DNA of 63,819 bases, counting the filler. It is 5 parts of 5 records of this genome, joined end to end, with 100 filler letters (N's around TTAATTAATTAA, not from the genome) between each part and the next. Parts side by side here need not be neighbours in the genome. Positions count along the whole stretch, not along the records: positions 1 to 20,393 come from DRR723986_23022; 4 more parts are not named here. One strand, 5' to 3'. Below the pieces are notes generated by a model that saw only the letters and a list, made by a program, of their open reading frames with translations, ran no database searches and was not told the DNA's origin. Below are positions 9,068-18,597 of the stretch, in pieces (position 1 is the stretch's first letter; each line of letters starts with the position of its first letter). The position numbers were made by a program, and so were the translations under genes.

Positions 9068-11128
9068 ATGCGAGACGAGCGACTCTTTCCCCTGTTCGAG
9101 CCTCTGGATTCCCTCTCGGGCGTCGGGCCGAAACTGAAGCCAGCACTGGAGCGCCTGGTCGGCGGAGAACACGTCTGGGACCTGCTGCTTCACCTGCCTG
9201 AGCGTTGGGTCGACCGGCGGGTCCGCGCCACGATTGATGAAACAGAATTCGGTGAGGTCGCGACGGTAAAAGGCGAAGTTCACGCTTACCACCCGCCCTA
9301 CAACGACAAGTCGCCTCACCGCGTGCAGCTTTACGATGGCACCGGCTTTCTAACCCTCGCTTTCTTCCGGGCAGATGGCCGCTGGCTGCAAGGCCAGTTC
9401 CCGATGGGCAAGGAGCGGATCGTCTCCGGCCGGATTGAGGACTATCGCGGCGAACGCCAGATGACCCATCCTGACTATATCGTTGATCCTTCTCGTGGAC
9501 CTTTACCGCCCGCCGTCGAACCGATCTATGGGCTTACGGCCGGCCTGACGAACAAACGTGTGCATGGTTTCGCGGAACAGGCGCTTGAGCGGGTGCCGGA
9601 CGACCTACCGGAATGGGCCGATACGGGGCTGGTCGAAGCCAAGTGCTGGCCCGAGTTCAAAGAAGCGCTGCAATGGCTGCACACGCCTGAAACCTATGAC
9701 GAAGAGAAATTTGCGCTCGCACGTGAGCGCCTCGCCTACGACGAGGCGCTGGCACGGGAGAGTGCTTTTGCCCTGGCGCGCATGGCGCGCAAGCGGCGCT
9801 CAGCGCCATCCATTCCCCACGCGGATGAGCGAATTGCAGAGCTAATACGATCCCTGCCCTTCGTGCCAACAGGCGCACAGATGCAAGCGTCCGAACAAAT
9901 CGCAGAAGACATGGCGGGCACATCACCCATGCGGCGGATGCTGCAAGGCGATGTCGGCGCCGGGAAAACGCTGGTGGGCGCCATGGCAGCGGTACAGGCT
10001 GCAGCAGGAGGCTTCCAGTCCGCCTTCATGGCACCGACGGAAGTTCTCGCGCGCCAGCAATACGAAACCCTGTCCCGTCTTCTGTCTCCACTGGGCTACA
10101 CCGTTGCCGCACTGTCCGGACGAGACAAGGGATCCGTTCGCGAAGCCACACTGATGGGACTTGCGGATGGATCAATACAGATCATTGCCGGCACGCAAGC
10201 ACTTTTTCAGGAGACGGTTCGATTCCGGAATCTCGGTCTGGTCATCGTCGATGAGCAGCACCGTTTCGGCGTTGCCGATCGGATGAAGCTCGCCGGCAAG
10301 GCCGAAAGTCCCCACATGCTTGTCATGAGCGCGACGCCAATTCCACGAACGCTTGCGCAGGCCGTCAATGGAGACCTGGATGTTTCCATTCTCGATGAAA
10401 AGCCCGCGGGACGGAAGCCGGTTGAAACCCGCGCCATCCCCGATACACGGATGGATGAAGTCGTCGACGCGGTCGGACGCGCCATCAGCCGCGGCGAACG
10501 GGTGTTTTGGGTCTGCCCGAAAGTCGATGTTGATGACGATGATTCCACAGCCGTCGGACGCCACGCGATGCTGTCAAAGCAACTGAAGGTCCCGGTCGGT
10601 TTGGTCCATGGGCGCCTGAAGGCCGCGGAAAAAGACTCAGCTCTCGAGGACTTCCGGACCGGCGCCACTCGGGTGCTCGTCGCGACAACGGTGATTGAGG
10701 TCGGTGTTGACGTCCCGGAGGCGACCATCATGGTCATTGAGCGCGCTGAAGGGTTTGGTCTTGCCCAGCTGCACCAGCTGAGAGGCCGTGTCGGGCGCGG
10801 CGACAGGCCTTCCTATTGCCTGCTGCTCTACCGTCCGCCGCTTGGCGAAATGGCACGGGAAAGAATCGAGACGCTACGGCGAACCGATGACGGGTTTGAA
10901 ATCGCAGAAGCAGATTTCAAACTACGCGGCCCGGGCGACATTCTTGGCCTTCGCCAAGCAGGTGCGACAGACTACCGCGTGATCGACTTGTCAAAGGACG
11001 CACCATTGCTCGCCATCGCGGCGAAAGATGCCGAAGCCCTTGTTAATTCGGATCCTGATCTTGAGTCGGTTCGGGGCCGGGCTCTGCGTCTTGCGAGGGA
11101 GTTGATGGTGCCTCGGACTCTTTCTTAG
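9068..11128 (+). CDS. recG: ATP-dependent DNA helicase RecG
   Basis: [46 protein letters not shown]; start at ATG 9068. Confidence 0.97.
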   Translation: MRDERLFPLFEPLDSLSGVGPKLKPALERLVGGEHVWDLLLHLPERWVDRRVRATIDETEFGEVATVKGEVHAYHPPYNDKSPHRVQLYDGTGFLTLAFFRADGRWLQGQFPMGKERIVSGRIEDYRGERQMTHPDYIVDPSRGPLPPAVEPIYGLTAGLTNKRVHGFAEQALERVPDDLPEWADTGLVEAKCWPEFKEALQWLHTPETYDEEKFALARERLAYDEALARESAFALARMARKRRSAPSIPHADERIAELIRSLPFVPTGAQMQASEQIAEDMAGTSPMRRMLQGDVGAGKTLVGAMAAVQAAAGGFQSAFMAPTEVLARQQYETLSRLLSPLGYTVAALSGRDKGSVREATLMGLADGSIQIIAGTQALFQETVRFRNLGLVIVDEQHRFGVADRMKLAGKAESPHMLVMSATPIPRTLAQAVNGDLDVSILDEKPAGRKPVETRAIPDTRMDEVVDAVGRAISRGERVFWVCPKVDVDDDDSTAVGRHAMLSKQLKVPVGLVHGRLKAAEKDSALEDFRTGATRVLVATTVIEVGVDVPEATIMVIERAEGFGLAQLHQLRGRVGRGDRPSYCLLLYRPPLGEMARERIETLRRTDDGFEIAEADFKLRGPGDILGLRQAGATDYRVIDLSKDAPLLAIAAKDAEALVNSDPDLESVRGRALRLARELMVPRTLS

Positions 11129-11837
11129 AGGACTGGCTGTTTGCAGCTTCTATAGCGGCTTTCACATCCGGGTGTTCCGGTACAACAAGGCCGGCCGACA
11201 GGATCATGCGGGCGCCTTCTTCCACGCTCATGTGCAGCTTGATCGTATTCTCTGCCTTCACGAACATGATGAAACCCGATGTCGGGTTCGGTGTCGTTGG
11301 CACGAAGACCCCAATATACTCTTCGCTGAGGTGCGACCTGACCTCTCCACGCGCTGGGGCGGCAACGAAACCCAGGCACCAGCTGTCCGCTCGGGGGAAC
11401 TGAATCAGCACACATTCGCGAAATTGTTCCGTGGGATTATTCGCGAAAACGTCCACGAGTTGTTTGAACGAAGAGTAGACCGTTCTCACAATCGGAATCT
11501 GGCTGAGCACCCGATCCGTAATGACAACAACCGATCGCCCCAGAAGATTGGTCGTAATGGCGCCGAGAATCGTGAGGAAAAGGACTAGCACGATGACACC
11601 GAAGCCCGGCACGGCATAATTCAGGTATGTTTCCGGTCTCAGGGATTCCGGCAGGATCGGAACCACACGCTGATCAATGTAGTTTATGAAAAACTGCAGG
11701 ATCGCGAACGTCACGACAATCGGAAGCGCGATGACCATGCCGGCGAAGAAGCGCGCCCGCAGCCAGGCCCAGGCACTGACACGAGGCAGCTTTTCTACCT
11801 CCAGAATGCCCATGTCCTTTTTTGGCTTCTTGGCCAT
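11043..11837 (-). CDS. DUF502 family membrane protein
   Basis: Two N-terminal TM segments and the VFVPTTPNPTSGF signature. Confidence 0.9.
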   Translation of the reverse strand: MAKKPKKDMGILEVEKLPRVSAWAWLRARFFAGMVIALPIVVTFAILQFFINYIDQRVVPILPESLRPETYLNYAVPGFGVIVLVLFLTILGAITTNLLGRSVVVITDRVLSQIPIVRTVYSSFKQLVDVFANNPTEQFRECVLIQFPRADSWCLGFVAAPARGEVRSHLSEEYIGVFVPTTPNPTSGFIMFVKAENTIKLHMSVEEGARMILSAGLVVPEHPDVKAAIEAANSQSSKKESEAPSTPSQDAEPGPEPTQDQDPN

Positions 11838-11923
11838 CGATTGAAACTCCTTCCGGACCGCGCGTCATGCTCTCGCAAGGGAAGAGCTTGGCGCGACCTT
11901 TCTTCCCTGCAATTGTGGCGAAG

Positions 11924-12934
11924 ATGGGAAGTAACGAACAGATCTCAACCGCGCTAGAGGCTTGGGCCAAGGCAAAATACGGCACAGGCAGTAAAGTCGG
12001 CGGTCTAAAGCGGCTATCCGGCGGTGCAAGCCAGGAAACCTGGGCTTTTCAGGTGTCGGAAAACGGGCACGAAATGCCCATGATTCTCCGGCGTGCGCCT
12101 GGAGGTGTCGAAGCGGCCCGCTCTTCACAAGCGATCGGCCTCGCCATGGAGGCAACCCTTTTAACTCATGCGGCCAAGGCGGGTGTGCCGGTGCCACCGG
12201 TTCTCGGTGTGTTCGAAGACGATCCGAATCTGGGCCAGGCTTTCGTGATGGATCGCATCAGTGGCGAAACGCTTGGCCGGAAGATATTGCGTGACGAGGA
12301 ATACTCGGACGCTCGCAAAATTCTGGCGCGGCAATGCGGCCAAGCCCTCGCAGGAATTCACTCCATTCCGCTTGAAACTCTGCCGGAACTGCCGGTAAGC
12401 GATGGCATAACTCAGCTTGAGAAATACGAATCCATCTATCGGGCTTACGATCTTCCCCGCCCAGTTTTCGAACTTGCCATTTCGTGGCTAAAAGAAAACG
12501 CGCCCGCGGCCCTGCCCGTCGTTTTGGTGCACGGAGACTTTCGTCTTGGGAACCTGATGGTCTCTGAACAAGGTTTGGCATCGGTGCTCGACTGGGAACT
12601 CGCCCATATCGGAGACCCACGCGAAGATATCGCCTGGCTTTGCGTCAATTCCTGGCGTTTTGGACATGCCGACAAACGCGTCGGCGGATTTGGCGAGCTG
12701 ACTGACCTTCTGGATGCCTACGCGGCGGCCGGTGGCCCGCAGTTGACCCCACGCGATATCGATTGGTGGGAGATGATGGGCAGCCTGAAATGGGGCATCA
12801 TGTGCATGACGATGTATGAAGCCTTCCGGTCCGGAGCAGATCCAAGCGTGGAACGTGCAGCCATCGGGCGTCGCGTTTCAGAAACCGAGATCGATCTAGT
12901 GAACCTGCTTGAAGGAGTGCGCGACCATGCATGA
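11924..12934 (+). CDS. APH-family phosphotransferase (LvaA/ACAD10-11 kinase-like)
   Basis: LSGGASQETW, VHGDFRLGN, LDWELAHIGDP motifs. Confidence 0.88.
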   Translation: MGSNEQISTALEAWAKAKYGTGSKVGGLKRLSGGASQETWAFQVSENGHEMPMILRRAPGGVEAARSSQAIGLAMEATLLTHAAKAGVPVPPVLGVFEDDPNLGQAFVMDRISGETLGRKILRDEEYSDARKILARQCGQALAGIHSIPLETLPELPVSDGITQLEKYESIYRAYDLPRPVFELAISWLKENAPAALPVVLVHGDFRLGNLMVSEQGLASVLDWELAHIGDPREDIAWLCVNSWRFGHADKRVGGFGELTDLLDAYAAAGGPQLTPRDIDWWEMMGSLKWGIMCMTMYEAFRSGADPSVERAAIGRRVSETEIDLVNLLEGVRDHA

Positions 12935-13310
12935 CGCCCCCTCTACGGCCGAACTCGTCGAAGCGGTGAAGCGTTTCATCGATGACACTGCATCCCCCCA
13001 ACTGACAGGCCACGCTGCTTTTCATGCCCGTGTCGCCTCAAACGTGCTGGCAACCATTCTTCGAGAACTGGAACAGCGGCCTGGTGCTGAGGCAGACGAA
13101 AAAGCCCGGTTAATTGCACTTTTGGGTGCTGACGCGGATCCCCCCCTCGATGCGCTTAATCGTGAGCTGTGCAACCGCATCCAGGCGGGGAGCATGAACC
13201 TTTCCACAGATGGCCTGTTGGACCATCTAAAAACCACCACAATTTCGCAGTTGTCTGTCGATCAACCTCGTTATTCTGGGCTGGCTCTCGCGTTGCAATC
13301 ACGTGGCTGA
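12927..13310 (+). CDS. Small helical protein, DUF6285/LvaB-like
   Basis: P..AELVEAV..F, FHARVASN.L.TI.RE and C-terminal QLSVDQPRYS; overlaps the kinase stop; GAAGGAG RBS. Confidence 0.7.
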   Translation: MHDAPSTAELVEAVKRFIDDTASPQLTGHAAFHARVASNVLATILRELEQRPGAEADEKARLIALLGADADPPLDALNRELCNRIQAGSMNLSTDGLLDHLKTTTISQLSVDQPRYSGLALALQSRG

Positions 13311-13337
13311 GCCACAACCGCAACCGGACACGCCTCA

Positions 13338-14150
13338 ATGAAAAAACCTGTTCTCTGGATCGCATCCGCCGTCATCGCAATTGGCTTGGGAACGTGGCTG
13401 TGGCGCACGGTGATATCCCCTCCTCCCTTTATTGAAGTGAGCCCGCTCAGCTACACCGACTATGCCAGCTGGTCTGTGGTCCCGAAGGAAACCCCTCCGG
13501 CTGTTTGGCAGGATGGCTGGGCGATGGATGTCTTCCTTGTCGACAGCACATCTGAATTGAAAGGCCGTACCGGCAAGCAACTCGACAAGAAAGAACAAAA
13601 CGCCCGCCTTCAGGGCCGCATGCTGGAAGACGGACTATCGGCGATTGGACCTGTCTATGCCCCTCTGTATCGCGCAGATGCGAAAGGAGACGATCTGGCC
13701 CGTGCGTTTCTGATCTACCTCAGGAAACACAATCATGGACGCGCGCTGGTCATCGCTTCGGATACGGCGCTACCCGACGCATTGTTGGCCGAGTTGAAGC
13801 TTGAGCCTGAATTGATGGAACGCTTTGGCGGCTTCTACCGGATCGGAAAGAAACCTGAAACGCTCTCGCTGACCGACAATCCAGAAACGTCAGTAGAGAC
13901 TTACTGCCCTTCTCACCTGACTGAGAGCGACGCTTGCGTGAAGGATGTCACCACAGTCCGGAAAGGTGGTTTTGCCGTACTCGCTCCGGACTCTTCCCTA
14001 GCAGAATCCGCTGCGGCGTTTGGTGATTGGCTGAATGCAAATGTATCGCCCATGGCTGAACCGCTGGGTGATCTCGAGGAAGTTGAGATTGTAGATATCC
14101 GCCGGCCAGGCGACACGGATGAGCGCCGCGAGAAAAAGAACCGCGACTAG
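13338..14150 (+). CDS. Membrane-anchored DUF3089-like alpha/beta-fold protein, apparently lacking the catalytic motif
   Basis: N-terminal TM; DVFLV, VYAPLYR and AFLIYL..HNHGR.LVIA resemble DUF3089, but no GHSQG follows. Confidence 0.55.
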   Translation: MKKPVLWIASAVIAIGLGTWLWRTVISPPPFIEVSPLSYTDYASWSVVPKETPPAVWQDGWAMDVFLVDSTSELKGRTGKQLDKKEQNARLQGRMLEDGLSAIGPVYAPLYRADAKGDDLARAFLIYLRKHNHGRALVIASDTALPDALLAELKLEPELMERFGGFYRIGKKPETLSLTDNPETSVETYCPSHLTESDACVKDVTTVRKGGFAVLAPDSSLAESAAAFGDWLNANVSPMAEPLGDLEEVEIVDIRRPGDTDERREKKNRD

Positions 14151-14788
14151 GCCGGCTTGTTTGCGTCCGGCGAAGCTTTTTTGAAAGCGTCCAGTTCCAG
14201 GCATGACTGATCCAGCGCCAACAGCGCAGGAAACGCGGACAGGTCCATATTGAACCGGCGGGCATTGGCGATCTGCGGAACCAATGTGATCTCTGCCATC
14301 GTAGGTGCATCTCCGAAAAGAAAGCGGCTATCGCTTCGCCCGGCTGCGAAGGCTTCCAGGGCCTCAAACCCACGACGGATCCAGTCATGGTACCACCGCG
14401 TGACAGACGCATCGTCAGCGCCGAATTCGTGACGCAGAGTGGAAAGCACCGCGAGATTGTTTAGCGGGTGAATATCGCACGCAATCGTATTGGCGAATGA
14501 GCGTGCCTGAAGGCGGGCCCATGGATCATAAGGAAGAATTGATGGCTCAGGGTATGCTTCTTCCAGCCACTCCAAGATGGCAAGCGATTGCCCTGCCCGC
14601 TGTCCGTCCAGGTCGAGCGTCGGAACGCGCATCTGCGGATTTACGGACTTATACTCGGCCGATGTCTGTTCATCTGACCCCGGAGCTATATTCACCGGAA
14701 CCTGCTCATACGAAACGCCTTTAAGGTTCAATGCGATGCGAACACGGAACGCAGCAGACGATCGCCAATAGTCGTAGAGACGGATCAT
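14147..14788 (-). CDS. maiA: Maleylacetoacetate isomerase (GST zeta class)
   Basis: LYDYWRSSAAFRVRIALNLKG, QSLAILEWLEE, IACDIHPLNNL; start 14788 overlaps the astB stop. Confidence 0.93.
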   Translation of the reverse strand: MIRLYDYWRSSAAFRVRIALNLKGVSYEQVPVNIAPGSDEQTSAEYKSVNPQMRVPTLDLDGQRAGQSLAILEWLEEAYPEPSILPYDPWARLQARSFANTIACDIHPLNNLAVLSTLRHEFGADDASVTRWYHDWIRRGFEALEAFAAGRSDSRFLFGDAPTMAEITLVPQIANARRFNMDLSAFPALLALDQSCLELDAFKKASPDANKPA

Positions 14789-16104
14789 GCCAGTTCCTCC
14801 AATTCGAGTACGTCGAGCAACGCCTCTCGCGCAATTCGGCACTCGTCGGCAAATGACGAATCCGCGAGATCCTCTGGAGCGAGCCGGTCCCGATATGCCG
14901 TACGCACCACAGCCTGCAGCGCATCGATCCGTTCCTCGGTCAGCAATACACCCTGATGGCAAGCCGCTATTTCAACGTCTGTCATGACGACCCGCAAACG
15001 CAGACAAGCGGGCCCGCCGCCATTTCGCATGGATTGGCGTACATCTACATATTGAACCCGACCGATCGGACCGTTGCCGCCAACCAAAAGTTCGCAATAG
15101 GCGCGAGTTGAATCAGTTTCCTGCACCTCAGTCGGCGCAATCAGTACCAGCCGGGATTCACCCGGCATAACCAGGAGCTGAGAATTGAACAGATAAGAGC
15201 GGATGGCATCTTCCAACGAGACTTCACTGTCCGGAACCATCACTGGTTTCAATTCAAACAAACCGGCTGAGGCAGATCGAAGCTCTGCAAGGGTTGCTTC
15301 AGTATTCTCGAACGCTGCTTCATGGAAAAACAAGGTATCGGCGGCGCCCACACATACCACATCGTTGTGGAAGGCTCCCGCATTGATGGCTTCTGGTGAT
15401 TGGCGAACGATGACTGTGCGATCTGGTTTCAATCCATGGGTGCGTGCAATGCACTCAGCGGATAGTCTGGTCTGCCGGGCAGGAAACCCGGCCCGGTCTT
15501 CGCCCGGCTCACGGCCATAGACGAACAGTTCCACACCCGGTTCGCCATGGGATGCGCACAGACGGACATGGTTTGCTGCGCCTTCATCCGCAAAGTCCGG
15601 ATGCATCGGAAGGGCGGCATGAACCGAAAAATGCTCATCATCTCCGAAAATCGCCTGCAGCGATGCCGTCGTATCCGGATGCTCCAGAGACCTGTGCAAC
15701 ATCGTGGACAGATTTGCTGCCGTCAGATGGAGGCGTCGATCCTGCGTATCCGCCGATGGCGACACCGTTGCTGCATTGGCCGTCCACATGCTGCTGGCAG
15801 AATAAGCCACTTTCAGCAATCGAGGCGCCTGTTTGGCGGCCTGTTCGATTATCTGCTGGTCGGTGCCGCAAAAGCCAGCTGAGACAAGAAGATCAAAGTT
15901 TGGGCGCGGTAGTGGTGGCAGGACACCCTGAGTGAGCCCTGCCCTGACCAGCGTCCGCATCTTTTCCAATCCCTGAAGCGCTGCCTCACGCGGATTTGAA
16001 ACATCGCCTGCGTTTCGGGAACTCGCAAGATTACCGTCGGACAAGCCACCATAATTGTGGCTCGGACCGATCAGGCCGTCGAAATTGACTTCCCGTGCGC
16101 TCAC
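14785..16104 (-). CDS. astB: N-succinylarginine dihydrolase
   Basis: EVNFDGLIGPSHNYGGLS, SASSMWTANAATVSPS, DEGAANH, FHNDV, SMRNGGGPACLRLRV. Confidence 0.97.
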   Translation of the reverse strand: MSAREVNFDGLIGPSHNYGGLSDGNLASSRNAGDVSNPREAALQGLEKMRTLVRAGLTQGVLPPLPRPNFDLLVSAGFCGTDQQIIEQAAKQAPRLLKVAYSASSMWTANAATVSPSADTQDRRLHLTAANLSTMLHRSLEHPDTTASLQAIFGDDEHFSVHAALPMHPDFADEGAANHVRLCASHGEPGVELFVYGREPGEDRAGFPARQTRLSAECIARTHGLKPDRTVIVRQSPEAINAGAFHNDVVCVGAADTLFFHEAAFENTEATLAELRSASAGLFELKPVMVPDSEVSLEDAIRSYLFNSQLLVMPGESRLVLIAPTEVQETDSTRAYCELLVGGNGPIGRVQYVDVRQSMRNGGGPACLRLRVVMTDVEIAACHQGVLLTEERIDALQAVVRTAYRDRLAPEDLADSSFADECRIAREALLDVLELEELA

Positions 16105-17552
16105 TTTGGGAATCCCTGGGCAGTCATTCGCTCTGCCTTGTCAGAAACCTGGCTCGCCTGCGGCCATGCACAATAGTCTGCCGCATAATACGCACCCGGA
16201 CGGAAATTACCGGAAAGCCCAGGACCACCAAATGGCATGGCGCCGCTGGCGCCTGCGGTCGGCCTGTTGCGGTTCAGGATGCCGGCACGCATGTCATGGT
16301 GCGCCCTGACCCACAAAGTATCGTCATCACTCACAAGGCCACCCGAAAGCCCGTAGCGGGTGTCATTGGCGCGCTCAATCGCGCGATCAAAATCCGAGAC
16401 GCGAATGATCTGCATGACCGGCCCGAACAATTCCTCATCCGGGACGTCTGTCGCGTCGGTGACATCGACGACACCTGCGGATACAAAGCCGCCGCCTCTC
16501 TCCAGCCGATCGAGCGCTTTCAGCGTACGTCCGCCGCGGGCGAGCAGCATGTCCTGGAATTCCACGGCATTCATGGCCGCTCTCTCGGAAACCAGCGGCC
16601 CCATGAACACGCCGGTTTCGTTCCAGGCACCTATTTTCAAACCTTCCGCGCGCGCGATGATCGCATCCACGACCTGATCTCCCCATTTTCCTTCAGGGAG
16701 GATCACCCGGCGCGCACAGGAACAACGCTGTCCGCTTGTCAGGAATGCTGATTGAGCCGCGATGTCGGCGGCGGCGTCGACATCCGCCGGATCCCAGATA
16801 ATCAGCGGATTGTTACCGCCCATTTCGAGCGCGAGAATGACTTCGGGACGGCCAGCAAAGTGTTTGTGGAAAAATACCCCCGTTGCCGCGGAGCCGGTAA
16901 ACAGCAGACCATTTACATCTGCGTCCAGCAGCGCACCGCCGGTGTCACGTCCGCCGTGAACAATGTTGAGACACCCTTCCGGAAGTCCAGCGGCGGCAAA
17001 TGCCTCAGCCATGTGGAACGCCACACCAGGTGCCAGCTCAGAAGGCTTGAACACGCACGTGTTGCCCGCAAGAAGCGCCGGCACGATGTGGCCATTTGGC
17101 AAGTGGCCGGGAAAATTGAATGGACCAAACACGGCCATGACTCCGTGTGGTCTGTGTGTCAGGTGAGATGACCCAAAAGCAGCTTCAGAAAATTTCGTTC
17201 CGGCACGCTCTACCTGCGCTGCGATTGAAACAGCCACTTTAGCTTTCATGGTCGCGGCTTCTGAGTTCGACTCCCACAGAGCCTTGCCCATATCGCGGCT
17301 AACCGTTTCAGCGATCGCATCGGCACGCTTGGCGATCTCATCTGCATAACGCTCCAGGATGGCCGTCCGGTCAGACTGAGGCAGCCGGCTCCAATGCCGA
17401 AAAGCCTTGCGAGCCGAACTGACTGCCTCATGAACTTCAGATTCATCGGCGCCGTGCCCTTCCCAGGCGACTTCTCCGGTCGCAGGACAATGGTTTTGGA
17501 AATGCGTACCCTTTCCGGCACGCCAATGACCGTCGATATAAACACCATTCAT
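16101..17552 (-). CDS. astD: Succinylglutamate-semialdehyde dehydrogenase
   Basis: FNFPGHLPNGH, LALEMGGNN, GQRCSCARR, SGNFRPGAYYAADYCA. Confidence 0.96.
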   Translation of the reverse strand: MNGVYIDGHWRAGKGTHFQNHCPATGEVAWEGHGADESEVHEAVSSARKAFRHWSRLPQSDRTAILERYADEIAKRADAIAETVSRDMGKALWESNSEAATMKAKVAVSIAAQVERAGTKFSEAAFGSSHLTHRPHGVMAVFGPFNFPGHLPNGHIVPALLAGNTCVFKPSELAPGVAFHMAEAFAAAGLPEGCLNIVHGGRDTGGALLDADVNGLLFTGSAATGVFFHKHFAGRPEVILALEMGGNNPLIIWDPADVDAAADIAAQSAFLTSGQRCSCARRVILPEGKWGDQVVDAIIARAEGLKIGAWNETGVFMGPLVSERAAMNAVEFQDMLLARGGRTLKALDRLERGGGFVSAGVVDVTDATDVPDEELFGPVMQIIRVSDFDRAIERANDTRYGLSGGLVSDDDTLWVRAHHDMRAGILNRNRPTAGASGAMPFGGPGLSGNFRPGAYYAADYCAWPQASQVSDKAERMTAQGFPK

Positions 17553-18595
17553 TACGACTTGCTCCGTTGCCAGATGCGCCCTTCAGCGCCTGACTTCAGT
17601 TTGAGGATCTCAAGGGTATCAGGGCTGACCACCGCAGTATCCGGGTCTTTCAGAATGCTCTTGGCGAGGCTCGCCCGGAATTCCGGTAGCGTGTCACTTG
17701 ATGCCAGCCCCTGCGCCGCAGCCGGATCAGCATCGACGTCACCGGCTTCAAAACGTATGCGGCGGCTTTCCTGAATTGTCCGTATGTGCCGGCGTTGGGC
17801 CGTCACAAGCGGCCCCCCATCAAATATGTCCACCGTTCGGTCGAACTCGAAACCTTCCCATTGCAACAGCTTGTAGGCACCGACACCATCGGAATGGCAT
17901 CTACCGATCACTTCGCGTGCCTCTGGTGGCAACAGATCGACATAGATCGGATACTTGGGCATCAGGTCCAGGATAAACTGGTTATCTGTCGTGGCTGACA
18001 GGCGATCCGCTTCGGTGAAGTCCATACGGAAGAAATGCCGTCCCAGACACTCCCAGAATGGCGACCGGCCTTCATTATCGACGACTCCCCGCAGTTCCGC
18101 GAGCACTTTGTCACCAAAACGTTCCGGGGCAGCCGCCATGAGCAGATAACGTGACTGAGCAGCTAGACGCCCCGCCCCGCCACCGCGGTGTTCTGGTTTC
18201 AGGAACAGGGTTCCGACTTCCGTATACCCCACATATTCATTGGTCAGGACCAGCGCATCCATATCAAAGCGGAGGTTTCCTGCCGCCTGGCTGGCCTGCG
18301 CCAGTGTAATCACGCGATAGTTAAAGAACGGCTGGTCAATGCCCGTTCCCGCCTTAACCGCGGAGCAACCTACTACTTCACCTGTCTCGGCGTCTTCCAT
18401 CATCAGGAGATACTTGCCGTACTCTATACGATGGAGGCGCCCAAGGAACGCATCGTCCGACTTTTGCAGACGCTCCCGCAGAATCTGTACGTCGACCGGC
18501 AAACTGGTAAATCCGGGTCCGGACAGTTCGGCCAGTTCAATAAGCGACTGCAAATCATTCAGCCGCGAGGGCCGCATCACATAGTTTGCTGCCAT
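17552..18595 (-). CDS. astA: Arginine N-succinyltransferase
   Basis: GFTSLP, TEVGTLFL, AELRG, SPFW, LMPKYPIY, DIFDGGP. Confidence 0.96.
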   Translation of the reverse strand: MAANYVMRPSRLNDLQSLIELAELSGPGFTSLPVDVQILRERLQKSDDAFLGRLHRIEYGKYLLMMEDAETGEVVGCSAVKAGTGIDQPFFNYRVITLAQASQAAGNLRFDMDALVLTNEYVGYTEVGTLFLKPEHRGGGAGRLAAQSRYLLMAAAPERFGDKVLAELRGVVDNEGRSPFWECLGRHFFRMDFTEADRLSATTDNQFILDLMPKYPIYVDLLPPEAREVIGRCHSDGVGAYKLLQWEGFEFDRTVDIFDGGPLVTAQRRHIRTIQESRRIRFEAGDVDADPAAAQGLASSDTLPEFRASLAKSILKDPDTAVVSPDTLEILKLKSGAEGRIWQRSKS

Positions 18596-18597
18596 GA

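Noticed and set aside
11924..12934. Aminoglycoside resistance gene
   Set aside because: The motifs and small partner gene fit the metabolic acyl-CoA kinase clade, and there is no mobile context.
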